A stretch of DNA of 60,243 nt, filler included. It is 5 parts of 5 records of this genome, joined end to end, with 100 filler letters (N's around TTAATTAATTAA, not from the genome) between each part and the next. Parts side by side here need not be neighbours in the genome. Positions count along the whole stretch, not along the records: positions 1 to 15,451 come from SRR31156797_5004; 4 more parts are not named here. The stretch is one strand, 5' to 3'. Of the stretch, positions 1 to 8,718 are shown one piece after another. The translations under genes and the position numbers were made by a program. Within the stretch, counting starts at the first letter, position 1. Every line of letters begins with the position of its first letter. The notes beneath the pieces were generated by a model, which made no database searches, was not told the origin of the DNA, and saw only the letters and a list, made by a program, of their open reading frames with translations.

Positions 1-76
1 CTATTTTTTCATTTGTGCAGGAAGTTAGTAGGAGTATTAATGTTACTATAGATAAGATTTTTATATATAAATTCAA
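1..76 (-). CDS. 5' end of a putative lipoprotein (runs off window start)
   Basis: TTG start after AAGGTG; translates MNLYIKILSIVTLILLLTSCTNEKI with lipobox LTS-C; not in ORF track. Confidence 0.6.
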   Translation of the reverse strand, partial: MNLYIKILSIVTLILLLTSCTNEKI

Positions 77-181
77 TTTACACCTTTAATAATAATTTTT
101 TAAGATATTAATTGTATTTAAAGTTATATTTATAACATATAAAATGATTTTTAAAGTTTGGAAAAATATGGTAAGGTTATC

Positions 182-1429
182 TTATATATTTTCAACTTTG
201 TAGAGTTTCTTTCTTTCTTTAGAGGATGGAATATCTAACATTTTTCTATATTTAGTGATAGTTCTTCTAACCATTTTTAAATCAAATTTGTCATATATCA
301 TCTCTAATATATGTTGGTCAGTAAGTGGAGTTTCTTTATTTTCATATTCAACAAGTGATTTGATATAACTTTTTATTTGAGATGAAGATAAATCTTTATC
401 ATTTACTGCATTTGTAAAAAAGTGTTTTAAAGGAAAAACACCTAAGTTACACTCAATATATTTGTTTGCAACTGCTCTACTTATTGTTGATTCTGCAAAT
501 CCTAAATCTTTTGCTAACTCTTGCATAGAGAAAGGTTTTAGTTCCCCACCAACAAAAAATCCAATTTGTTTTTCAACTATCAGTAAAACTATTTTATATA
601 GAGTTGATTTTCTTAAGTTTAGTAAGTTTACTAAATCTCTTGCTTCTTTTAGCTTTTCTCTAATTGTTTCATTTTTTGATGAAAATGGATCTTTTACTTC
701 TATATCTGGATAATAGGCATGGTTGATTTTTACATTGATATCTTCACCAATATCTACATAAAAATCAGGGATTATTTGAACATTTGTATTTATGTAGTTT
801 ACCGCAGGAGGGTTATTGAAGTATTTTATAATCCCTTTTGCATCTTCAAATCTATGGTGTGCTGCATATTTGTCTAAATGAGCTATATCTTTTATGATTT
901 TTTTCATAAAGTTATATAATTCATCATCAATTTCTTTATCACAAGCATCTAGTTGAAATAAAAATGATTCTGATAAGTTAATTGCTCCAACTCCAGATGG
1001 TTCTATTCTTGAAAATCTTTGTCTAATTGATTCTACATACTCTTTATATACATTGCAGGTAATAGCAATCTTTTCAATATCTCCTTCAAAATACCCCTCT
1101 TCATTTATATCACATAAAATCTCCATAGCTACTTTTTGTGAGTTTGGAGTAGGAAAATTTGGAGCGCAGATTTGTTCACTTATTTTATCATTTAATGATT
1201 CACTGTATAAAGCTAGTGACTCAATAAATTCTCCACTAGTTCCTTGAGGCATAAAATTATTATAAAATTCTTTAGGTTTTTTAATCTCTAAAAATGGGTT
1301 CTCATAAGAGACATTTTTAAGGTGTTTCTCTAGGTCTTGAAGTGAAGTTTGTAGCATAGGAAGCCACATCTTCAAAGATAAATTAAGATTTTGCTTTTGT
1401 GAAACCGAAGTTGATAATGTAGGTGCCAT
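182..1429 (-). CDS. rpoN: RNA polymerase sigma-54 factor
   Basis: Region I (QKQNLNLSLKMWLPMLQ), HTH ESTISRAVANKY, RpoN box VRRTITKYR. Confidence 0.95.
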   Translation of the reverse strand: MAPTLSTSVSQKQNLNLSLKMWLPMLQTSLQDLEKHLKNVSYENPFLEIKKPKEFYNNFMPQGTSGEFIESLALYSESLNDKISEQICAPNFPTPNSQKVAMEILCDINEEGYFEGDIEKIAITCNVYKEYVESIRQRFSRIEPSGVGAINLSESFLFQLDACDKEIDDELYNFMKKIIKDIAHLDKYAAHHRFEDAKGIIKYFNNPPAVNYINTNVQIIPDFYVDIGEDINVKINHAYYPDIEVKDPFSSKNETIREKLKEARDLVNLLNLRKSTLYKIVLLIVEKQIGFFVGGELKPFSMQELAKDLGFAESTISRAVANKYIECNLGVFPLKHFFTNAVNDKDLSSSQIKSYIKSLVEYENKETPLTDQHILEMIYDKFDLKMVRRTITKYRKMLDIPSSKERKKLYKVENI

Positions 1430-1439
1430 ATTAAATTTT

Positions 1440-1465
1440 ACCCGAATCCAATATTGGATTCGAGT
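1440..1465 (-). promoter_or_regulatory. Strong hairpin directly upstream of rpoN start
   Basis: minus strand ACTCGAATCCA-ATAT-TGGATTCGGGT, ending 10 nt before the ATG. Confidence 0.55.
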
Positions 1466-1490
1466 TTTCCTTGTTTATTTTTTATTAGAA

Positions 1491-1787
1491 TTAGTATTTA
1501 ATTCTAATAACACCATTAGGCTTAACAACTTTCATTTGACAAGAAAGTCTAGTGTTATCTGTACAAGTACCAGCACACGCTTCTTTAATTACCTTAACCT
1601 CTTTTTCATTGATTTCAGATAAAAATTCCATACCTTGCTCTACTTCAACCACACAAGTTCCACATTCTCCATCTCTACATCCAAATGGTAAAGCTGAACC
1701 TGAAGCTTCAACTACATCTTGTATAGTACTTCCTGGTTTAACATTAATTGCTAAGAAGTCATTAATAATTTCTACTCTTGTTGTCAT
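1491..1787 (-). CDS. [2Fe-2S] ferredoxin
   Basis: PFGCRDGECGTC...RLSCQ motif, 98 aa. Confidence 0.92.
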   Translation of the reverse strand: MTTRVEIINDFLAINVKPGSTIQDVVEASGSALPFGCRDGECGTCVVEVEQGMEFLSEINEKEVKVIKEACAGTCTDNTRLSCQMKVVKPNGVIRIKY

Positions 1788-1800
1788 TATATTTTTCCTT

Positions 1801-2136
1801 TTATTTTGAAAATGGTTTTACTAAAATATCACCTTTGATAAGCATCATTGGTGCAATTCTAACTTTTGGGCTAATTGTAAATTGTTGACATTGCTCTGCT
1901 TCTTCAGCCGAAATAGCTCCATATTTAACTAAAAGATCTAACTCTTCATCTTCCATGTAACTAGTTGGCTCTTCATCAGCTAGATTTTCAACATAGATAA
2001 GAGATTTTGAATAATCTTTTTCAGTAGGAACTGGAACACCCTTCTCTTTTGCTAATCTAACAATTGGCTCACCAATTTTCGCATCATAAACACCGTCTGT
2101 TTCAACATCAAAGTGCATAAAAATAACTTTTGCCAT
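1801..2136 (-). CDS. Ferredoxin-fold, FeSII/Shethna-like protein lacking the cluster-binding cysteines
   Basis: LAKEKGVPVP...SLIYVE and PKVRIAPMMLIKGDILVKP align by eye to 2Fe-2S ferredoxins with the long FeSII-type insertion; Cys ligand positions are deleted or replaced by S/P. Confidence 0.6.
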   Translation of the reverse strand: MAKVIFMHFDVETDGVYDAKIGEPIVRLAKEKGVPVPTEKDYSKSLIYVENLADEEPTSYMEDEELDLLVKYGAISAEEAEQCQQFTISPKVRIAPMMLIKGDILVKPFSK

Positions 2137-2167
2137 CTATTCTTCTCCTTTCTTTAGATTGGTTTTT

Positions 2168-2218
2168 ATACCAAGCCATACGAAAAAGTTCTTTAAACTC
2201 TTTCATTTGACTTGGTAT
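2168..2218 (-). repeat. Long intergenic stem-loop
   Basis: ATACCAAGTCA-A-ATGAAAGAGTT-TAAAG-AACTTTTTCGT-A-TGGCTTGGTAT; most mismatches become G-U pairs on the transcribed (-) strand. Confidence 0.7.
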
Positions 2219-2231
2219 TAAAAAAGTGTGA

Positions 2232-2639
2232 TTAATCGTTTTTGTAGTGTTTTTCTCGGTGTTTTCTCATAAATTCAAGTTCTTCATCAACTTCATTTCT
2301 ATAATCTTCCATCGCTTCAAGTTCATTTTCTCTACAGCCAACTACTTCTACAGGTGCATCTTCCACACCTAAGAAATGAACTTCATATACTCTGATTACT
2401 TGAAGAAATTCTCCAATTGATTTTATATAACCGATTGAGCCTTCTGGCATCATCAAAGTTCCAATTGGAGAGTGTGGGTAAGTTCCATCATTCACAATCT
2501 CTTTGATAAGTTTTACTTTTTGGCCTACACCAAATTTAGCTTTTTCTTCATCTTTCCCAGACCTAGTAGCAGTTACACTATCGTGTAAAACTGTATCAGG
2601 ATTTACAATATTTTCGTGATTTATTCCCTTAGCAGCCAC
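2232..2639 (-). CDS. nifZ: Nitrogen fixation protein NifZ
   Basis: KFGVGQKV...IVNDGTYP...G.GYI.SIG.FLQ...YEVHF...VVGCRE.EL; start moved to the GTG at 2639 after AGGGGG. Confidence 0.9.
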   Translation of the reverse strand: MAAKGINHENIVNPDTVLHDSVTATRSGKDEEKAKFGVGQKVKLIKEIVNDGTYPHSPIGTLMMPEGSIGYIKSIGEFLQVIRVYEVHFLGVEDAPVEVVGCRENELEAMEDYRNEVDEELEFMRKHREKHYKND

Positions 2640-2967
2640 AAGAACCCCCTGATGAAGTACCTGCTGTTGTACCACACGATGAACATCCTTCAAGTTTTCC
2701 TGTTGCGTACATATTCCAAACATCTGCTGCACTTGGTGCATGACCATTTTTATAATCTCCATATACTCTTAGCAATGAAAACTTCAAAAAATCTAGCAGT
2801 TTGTTTTCTTCGGTTATTGAGTCTATTCCTTTTCTAATCAATGTTCCATACTCTTTCATCATATGAAATCTTTTTACATTTATTAATGCTTGGTCAAAAT
2901 CAATATTAAAAAATCTGAAATAATCTTCTGTATCTCTTAGTTTGTAAAATTCTTCAACAGTTGCCAT
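2629..2967 (-). CDS. nifW: Nitrogenase-stabilizing protein NifW
   Basis: EDYFRFFNIDFD..LINVKRFHMMKEY motif; nif context; Cys-rich C-terminal tail. Confidence 0.85.
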   Translation of the reverse strand: MATVEEFYKLRDTEDYFRFFNIDFDQALINVKRFHMMKEYGTLIRKGIDSITEENKLLDFLKFSLLRVYGDYKNGHAPSAADVWNMYATGKLEGCSSCGTTAGTSSGGSCGC

Positions 2968-3021
2968 TTTAATCTCCTTTAAACTCTTATGTAGAGTTTT
3001 TCCTTTTTTTAATACTTTAGA

Positions 3022-3543
3022 TTATGCTGGTATTTGAGTTTTTAGATTCTCAATCCAGTTTTCTATTCTTGTATCTGTTTTATCTGATTCATTGTGGTTA
3101 TCTATAGCTAAACCACAAAGTTTTCCATCCATCTCTGCAAGTGAAAACTCATATTTATATCCATCTTTTTCTACTGTACCTACAGCCTTTGCTCCAAGTG
3201 TTGTAAATGTTTTATGTAGTTTTCCTAATGCAGAACAAAAATGCTCTCCATGTTTTACACTATCTCCTGCTCCAAAGAATGCAACAGTTTTTCCAGATAA
3301 ATCCATCTCTTCATCTTCCATTTCAAGTTGAGGGTCAACCCATGAAAAGTGAACATCACCTTGTCCCCAAGTTGAGCTTCCTATGAAAAGTACATCATAA
3401 TCCTCAAATTGTTCAATATCATCAAAATCTTCTTCCATATTTATTACATCATCTTCTTCTACCCCAAAAGCTTCCACCAACGCATCAGCCACAGCCATTG
3501 ATGTTCCTCCAGCAGTTCCACAGAAAATTCCAATCTTTGCCAT
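3022..3543 (-). CDS. Long-chain flavodoxin (NifF-like)
   Basis: IGIFCGTAGGTS, STWGQG, FGAGD motifs; start at ATG 3543 after AGGAGA. Confidence 0.9.
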   Translation of the reverse strand: MAKIGIFCGTAGGTSMAVADALVEAFGVEEDDVINMEEDFDDIEQFEDYDVLFIGSSTWGQGDVHFSWVDPQLEMEDEEMDLSGKTVAFFGAGDSVKHGEHFCSALGKLHKTFTTLGAKAVGTVEKDGYKYEFSLAEMDGKLCGLAIDNHNESDKTDTRIENWIENLKTQIPA

Positions 3544-3568
3544 ACTTCTCTTCTCCTTCTTTTCTATT

Positions 3569-3997
3569 TTAACTTTTGTATTTTTTATATTTTTCTTGTG
3601 CTTTTGTAAGCAGTTTTTCACCCTCATCTTCTAACTTTTCTAAAGTTCTAAATGAGAATCTATGTGCATCTTTAAAACCTTTTTCACATAAAACAATATC
3701 TTCAGCAAAAACAACAACTCTACCAAAACCTTCGTGACTCATCTCCATAACAACTGAACACATAATTCCTGTCATCTTTTCAAAAGCTAAAGCTACAGCT
3801 TGGTAAATAAGTCTAATATCTTGAGTTTGCATCTCATCGATATCTGCAATAATAGGAATGTTTTTTAATTCCTCTTTTGTTCTTACATATTTTTCAACTA
3901 ATAAATCTTCATCTGATTTATTTACCCAAGTTCCAAACTGGTCTAGGGCTCTAATTTGTCCTATCAATGTATCTTTAAATAATTGTTTAGCTTCCAT
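3569..3997 (-). CDS. NifX-associated protein (DUF269 family)
   Basis: QIRALDQFGTW, SHEGFGRVVV, DAHRFSF motifs. Confidence 0.88.
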   Translation of the reverse strand: MEAKQLFKDTLIGQIRALDQFGTWVNKSDEDLLVEKYVRTKEELKNIPIIADIDEMQTQDIRLIYQAVALAFEKMTGIMCSVVMEMSHEGFGRVVVFAEDIVLCEKGFKDAHRFSFRTLEKLEDEGEKLLTKAQEKYKKYKS

Positions 3998-4392
3998 TAT
4001 GCAGCCTTTTTGTCAATTATTTTTTTGATAAATGGTGGTGGATTTGTGTTTAACATATTTTGAAGTTTTTTAGTTTCTTCTTCTATAGAAATCTCTTCTT
4101 TATATTTGATTGTAAAAATTCCACTATTAATAAGTTTAGCTGCAGCAATTGCTCCAACATTTGTGAAATAAACAATATCAATACCATCTAATAAAGCTAC
4201 AGTTTTATCTGTATCTTTTTCAGTAACTTTTTTTATTTCACTAAGGGATATATCACTTTTACTAATATCATAAACAGCAAATTGTTTTGCACTACCAAAG
4301 TGCGAATCAATATTTTCTAAATCTTTTGTAGCGAAAGCCACTTTGATCATACCCTCACCTGAAGTGTTCGAAGTTATTTTTATACTACTCAT
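3997..4392 (-). CDS. nifX: Nitrogen fixation protein NifX
   Basis: KVAFAT..IDSHFGSAKQF...PPPFIKK; followed by DUF269. Confidence 0.85.
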   Translation of the reverse strand: MSSIKITSNTSGEGMIKVAFATKDLENIDSHFGSAKQFAVYDISKSDISLSEIKKVTEKDTDKTVALLDGIDIVYFTNVGAIAAAKLINSGIFTIKYKEEISIEEETKKLQNMLNTNPPPFIKKIIDKKAA

Positions 4393-4423
4393 GGCAATAT
4401 CCTAATTAATTTATTAGGGTATA

Positions 4424-4439
4424 TGCAAAAAGTGTTCCA
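4424..4439 (-). promoter_or_regulatory. sigma54 -24/-12 promoter of the nifX...rpoN operon
   Basis: TGGAACACTTTTTGCA, GG-N10-GC. Confidence 0.85.
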
Positions 4440-4446
4440 CAAAAAA

Positions 4447-4749
4447 TTAACTCTTTTTAGCACTTTTTATAAGAGCTAAAAAATCAATCAAATCACTTAA
4501 GAAAAATGCCCTATTATCGATAAGTGAGTAATACACATTTATAAATGTGTTTTGGCCTGCAAAAAGTTTTGCATTGTTTATAAACTCAGGAGGAATTTGT
4601 CTATTTATTGCTCTATCTTCTATTAGTTCATCACAAACTTCTTCAAAAAGAAAAAATATCTCAGCAGGTTTTTCTTGGGTTAGCATATAAATATCACTTC
4701 TATAAAGTTCATATTTTTTGAAAAGATTTACATAGGTTTCTTTACTCAT
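4447..4749 (-). CDS. Hypothetical protein
   Basis: 100-aa ORF abutting the upstream gene in the nifN operon. Confidence 0.7.
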   Translation of the reverse strand: MSKETYVNLFKKYELYRSDIYMLTQEKPAEIFFLFEEVCDELIEDRAINRQIPPEFINNAKLFAGQNTFINVYYSLIDNRAFFLSDLIDFLALIKSAKKS

Positions 4750-6003
4750 CTATTTTCCTATAGCCATTAGATATAAAATATTGTTTTCTGTTTTGAAAAA
4801 CTTTTTACATTTATCATCAAAAAATGCACCAATGCCACTTGAATCAATATTTAAATAAGTTGCTTTTATAGCAACTATATGTGCAAGTAGAGAAGTTAAT
4901 ATATAGTTTTGAGTATAGTTTTCAAAAAGTTTTGAGGTGAAAAAAAGTGTAAAGCAACTATCTCCACCAAGTTTTTGATTAAAGGCAAGTGTTGTTGCAA
5001 AGTCCTTAAAATCGCCATTTTCTAGTAAAGTTACATTTTTGTAAGAACCTTTATCATAGCTTTCTATATTGTTATTGAGCCAGAAAATATCTATTCCATA
5101 TTGCTTTGCAATTTCAAAAATATCTTTTGTGATAAAATCAAAATCCTCTTTTTTGATAGTCTCTTTTTTAAAAGCTCTTATTGATCTTCTATTTTCAATT
5201 GCTTCTTTTAGTTTTTCTTTTTCTAAGGAAACAAGTGGATTTTTAAAATCAAAGTTTTTAAATGATTCACTAAAAACTTTTACTGCAAAGTTTTCAATAA
5301 ATTCATTTCTAATAAAATAATCTGTGGCACAAACACTTAGAAGGTTTTCACGAAGCTCTTTTGGTTTTGTATCTTTTTCATTATCAACTGTTATTGCAGC
5401 TAAAAAGAATTCATTTTTATCAAAGCCAAAACTTTTATTTAGTTTCTCTTTGTCAAAATCAAAACTAAATGAAAAATTGATATCTTCAAGTTGTAAAGCA
5501 GTAAAAATAGAGCCTAACTGATGTCCACAATCTAAAAGCAAATATCTTATTGCTCGATTACTATATTTCCAAGAACTTCTAAAATATACTGTACTAACTA
5601 ATACTATAAACTTTTTTGAGCTATTTTCTTCAAAATAAAACTCAACTCCATCATTACTTAGTTCATGGATTAAAGCAAGTTTGTTTTCAAGTGGTTCATA
5701 ATGATAAATACCAGAAAGAACCCCTTTAACTCCTCTAATCTGGATATAAATCTCACAAGGATAAAGACCTCCCGCACTTGGGTTGATTCTTAGTTTAACT
5801 TCCTCTTTTCCATACTTTTTGATAGTTGTGATTTTTCCAAAATTTTTTACAAAACTTAATTCTTCTATCTCATCAATATCAAATCTTCTAAAAAATTTTG
5901 GGTAGGTTTTGTAATTCCTAGGTTGAGTTCGCCAGTCGATAAACTGGGTCTGCTCAAAGGAATTTTTTTGTGTTAGGTCTGTTTTGTTATGAAGCTGTTG
6001 CAT
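4750..6003 (-). CDS. SagB/ThcOx-like nitroreductase family protein
   Basis: RINPSAGGLYPCEIY, RSSWKY..RA.RY..LDCGH, second domain NRRSIRAF. Confidence 0.85.
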   Translation of the reverse strand: MQQLHNKTDLTQKNSFEQTQFIDWRTQPRNYKTYPKFFRRFDIDEIEELSFVKNFGKITTIKKYGKEEVKLRINPSAGGLYPCEIYIQIRGVKGVLSGIYHYEPLENKLALIHELSNDGVEFYFEENSSKKFIVLVSTVYFRSSWKYSNRAIRYLLLDCGHQLGSIFTALQLEDINFSFSFDFDKEKLNKSFGFDKNEFFLAAITVDNEKDTKPKELRENLLSVCATDYFIRNEFIENFAVKVFSESFKNFDFKNPLVSLEKEKLKEAIENRRSIRAFKKETIKKEDFDFITKDIFEIAKQYGIDIFWLNNNIESYDKGSYKNVTLLENGDFKDFATTLAFNQKLGGDSCFTLFFTSKLFENYTQNYILTSLLAHIVAIKATYLNIDSSGIGAFFDDKCKKFFKTENNILYLMAIGK

Positions 6004-6436
6004 TTTTCAGCATTTTAAATATCTTTGGAGTTACTGCTAAATCAATAGCTTTAAATCCATCAAGGTTTTCCAAAGTAACATCTGCTTTATTTTCTAAAAG
6101 AAGTTGAACAAAATCTTCTTTCCCTGCACTTGCGCAATACATCAGTGAAGTTACGCCATTATCATTTTTAGAGTTTATATCAATTCCCCCATCTATAAGT
6201 GCATAAAAACAATCAAATGATGAAGCAAAACATGCATTCCAAAGTGCAGTGTTGCCATCTACATTTCTAGTATCAAGATTTACACCTTTTCCTATTAACT
6301 CTTTTACAATATCAACTTTTGCTTCTCTTGCCGCTTTCATAACAGCAGAGTTTCCATGTTTTCCTTGTTTGTTAAGGTCATTAATATCGTAATCGTTTTC
6401 TTTAAGCCAAACTCTTGTTTTATCTGTAAAAGACAT
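5987..6436 (-). CDS. Ankyrin repeat protein
   Basis: GNSAVMKAA, GNTALWNAC, GVTSLMYCA repeats. Confidence 0.9.
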   Translation of the reverse strand: MSFTDKTRVWLKENDYDINDLNKQGKHGNSAVMKAAREAKVDIVKELIGKGVNLDTRNVDGNTALWNACFASSFDCFYALIDGGIDINSKNDNGVTSLMYCASAGKEDFVQLLLENKADVTLENLDGFKAIDLAVTPKIFKMLKNATAS

Positions 6437-6437
6437 A

Positions 6438-6959
6438 TTAAACACCCATCCAGTTTTCGTGGGTATGACCCTTTTGTTTGAAGTTAACTACTTCATCAAG
6501 TGAAGATTTAAATTCATTTAAATCAAAACTAGTTTCTATATTTGAAGGGATTTGGATATATTTTATAACTCCCTCTTTATCTATTATAAATATAGATTTT
6601 GCAAGAAGTTCTTCATTTATATTTACTCCAAATTTAAGTGAAAAATCTTTTATATCACTTGAAATAAATCCATCATCAATTGAGTATGCATTTTTTATTT
6701 TTTCTATATTATCGTCACTACTTTTTGTAACAATATAAACTATTGTTTTAGAAGCATATTTTTGAAGAATATTGTGTAGACCATTGTTGTAAGCTTTTAT
6801 ACATGGCAAAGATATCATAACTTGAGTTTTATCTGCCATCATACCAATAACTTTTGTTTCTCCATTTATCATTTTTACTCTAACAGCTGGAGCTTCACTT
6901 TCAACTTTTCTTTCTTTTTTCCCTAATGTGTACTTTTCTTTTTTGTATATTACTTCCAT
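6438..6959 (-). CDS. Thiol peroxidase (Tpx)-like redoxin, degenerate active site
   Basis: Tpx-like N-terminus (EAPAV..KTQVMISLP) and LAKSIFIIDKEGVIKY; lacks PSLDTxxC. Confidence 0.7.
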   Translation of the reverse strand: MEVIYKKEKYTLGKKERKVESEAPAVRVKMINGETKVIGMMADKTQVMISLPCIKAYNNGLHNILQKYASKTIVYIVTKSSDDNIEKIKNAYSIDDGFISSDIKDFSLKFGVNINEELLAKSIFIIDKEGVIKYIQIPSNIETSFDLNEFKSSLDEVVNFKQKGHTHENWMGV

Positions 6960-7337
6960 TTATAGAATTTCCTTATGTGTGATTTGACAATTTGTATCAA
7001 TAATCATTAGTGATTTTTTTAGTTTTTTATTTTCATCATACATATTAAATAGTTTTGCAAAATCTTTGTACTCTGCTGTGATAAGATTGTTTTTTAAGTC
7101 ATATTTTTCAACTATATCTCTACAAGCATCTTTTGAACTTGAAGTTATAATAAAAGAATCAGCTCTATCTTTGAAAAACTCTATTGCATCGTTTAACTGG
7201 TCGTTAAATAAAGTGATATCAGGTAAAGTCATCACAACTTGAACTTTTTCTTTTGGGATTCCTAGAAGTCTAGTTCTTCCACCTATCATCTCTAATGCAA
7301 TTGCTGGGACAATTGGTCTTTGTAGATTAATGCTCAT
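6960..7337 (-). CDS. Shorter Tpx/redoxin-like protein, degenerate
   Basis: KVQVVMTLP, KDFAKLFNM, KSLMIIDTNCQI parallel the neighbouring redoxin. Confidence 0.55.
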   Translation of the reverse strand: MSINLQRPIVPAIALEMIGGRTRLLGIPKEKVQVVMTLPDITLFNDQLNDAIEFFKDRADSFIITSSSKDACRDIVEKYDLKNNLITAEYKDFAKLFNMYDENKKLKKSLMIIDTNCQITHKEIL

Positions 7338-8622
7338 TATGTGCCTCGTGTCTATGGTTGTTGATTATGTTTGCTAACTCAAATAGAAAATATGTACTAC
7401 CTTCATAAAGTACATCATTTTTTAACTGATTCCCTACACCTTCATAGTCAGGAAAACCTCTTAAAACTAAAGCTTTTTTATATTTGTGTGTGTATCTTTC
7501 TCCATGGAAATTTGTGATAAGAACTTCACTATCTTGAAGATATTTCTCCACATCTTCAAAATCTCCAATTAACAAATGTTCACACTCAATCTCATCCAAT
7601 AAATCGTTTTTATGTGTAGTTACAATAGCTTTAATATTTGCTCCAGCTTCAATAATAGTATCTGCTATTGAGATACATTGGTCTGGTTCTAAAGCTAACA
7701 CAACAGAAGAACTTCCTATTGCAAAATGAGTATCTAGTAGTGCATCTTGAAGCCTTTTTCTCCATCTTACAATACTTGGATGGGGCGCTGATACCTCTTT
7801 GATTTTACAAAGGTCTTTAAAAAACTTATCACTGTTTTCTAAACCACCTAATGAATCATAATGTATTAGGTTTATTTTGTCGTTTTTCTTTTTTAGTTTC
7901 TCTCCAGCTTTTTTAACACTAGAGCCAATTGAGATAACTAAAGATGCAGTTGCAAGTTCTCTTATCTCATCAATTGTGACTCCCCCTGAACTTAATGCAC
8001 CTTGTTTTAAACCTAAGTGACCATCTAAGGAATCACTTAAATCAGGAAGTGCAACAACTTCATATCCAAATAAAGCAACAGTATCTTTTATCTTTTCAAT
8101 CTCTATTGGTTTTAGGTTTACATTTGGAATAATTACAGCTTTTTGTGTACTAATTGCATCTTTTGATTCAACAATTTGATCTACTAAAGCCTCAATAGAT
8201 TTTGCAAAACCACTCTCAATAGAACCTTCAAAATCTGGAGTGTTTACATAACAGATTGTTTGTTGGTCTTGAAGAAGAATTGTTGCACCTTTTATATCAT
8301 CACCTTTTGTTTCAGTAAGACCTGTTGTAAAAAGTCCAACTAAATCAGGTTTAACTTTTTTAGTGATGTTTTTAATTGACTCAGAGATAGAATAATCTCC
8401 TCCATCAATTACAGCTGTGATATCATTTACAGCTGTTGTTTGAACTGCTATTGGGTCATTGAAATGTCTTGTAAAAAATACTTTTGAAAAAGAAGCACAT
8501 CCTTGCGCTCCATGCATAAGAGGCATACAGTTTTTAATACCTAAAAAGCAAAGCATTGCACCCATAGGTTGTGATAATTTGATAGGATTTAATTGTAAGG
8601 GTTTTGAACTAATTGCTTCCAT
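7327..8622 (-). CDS. nifN: FeMo-cofactor scaffold NifN
   Basis: NPIKLSQPMGA, PLMHGAQGC, TRHFNDPIAVQTTA. Confidence 0.95.
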   Translation of the reverse strand: MEAISSKPLQLNPIKLSQPMGAMLCFLGIKNCMPLMHGAQGCASFSKVFFTRHFNDPIAVQTTAVNDITAVIDGGDYSISESIKNITKKVKPDLVGLFTTGLTETKGDDIKGATILLQDQQTICYVNTPDFEGSIESGFAKSIEALVDQIVESKDAISTQKAVIIPNVNLKPIEIEKIKDTVALFGYEVVALPDLSDSLDGHLGLKQGALSSGGVTIDEIRELATASLVISIGSSVKKAGEKLKKKNDKINLIHYDSLGGLENSDKFFKDLCKIKEVSAPHPSIVRWRKRLQDALLDTHFAIGSSSVVLALEPDQCISIADTIIEAGANIKAIVTTHKNDLLDEIECEHLLIGDFEDVEKYLQDSEVLITNFHGERYTHKYKKALVLRGFPDYEGVGNQLKNDVLYEGSTYFLFELANIINNHRHEAHNEH

Positions 8623-8650
8623 ACTGTTTCCTCAATTTTTGCAATTTTTA

Positions 8651-8666
8651 TGCAAAAACTGTTCCT
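8651..8666 (-). promoter_or_regulatory. sigma54 promoter of nifN
   Basis: AGGAACAGTTTTTGCA, GG-N10-GC. Confidence 0.8.
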
Positions 8667-8718
8667 TTGTATTAAAACTATTATTTCTAATAAAAGGAAG
8701 AGAAAGTTTGTTAGAAGT

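Noticed and set aside
2640-2762. N-terminal extension of the 176-aa nifZ ORF, and similar extensions of the flavodoxin (3627), 11286, 15041 and 54066 ORFs
   Set aside because: They overlap upstream genes or promoters; downstream starts have proper RBSs.
4750-6003. SagB-like gene as a RiPP (azole) biosynthetic cluster
   Set aside because: No YcaO cyclodehydratase, precursor peptide or exporter nearby.
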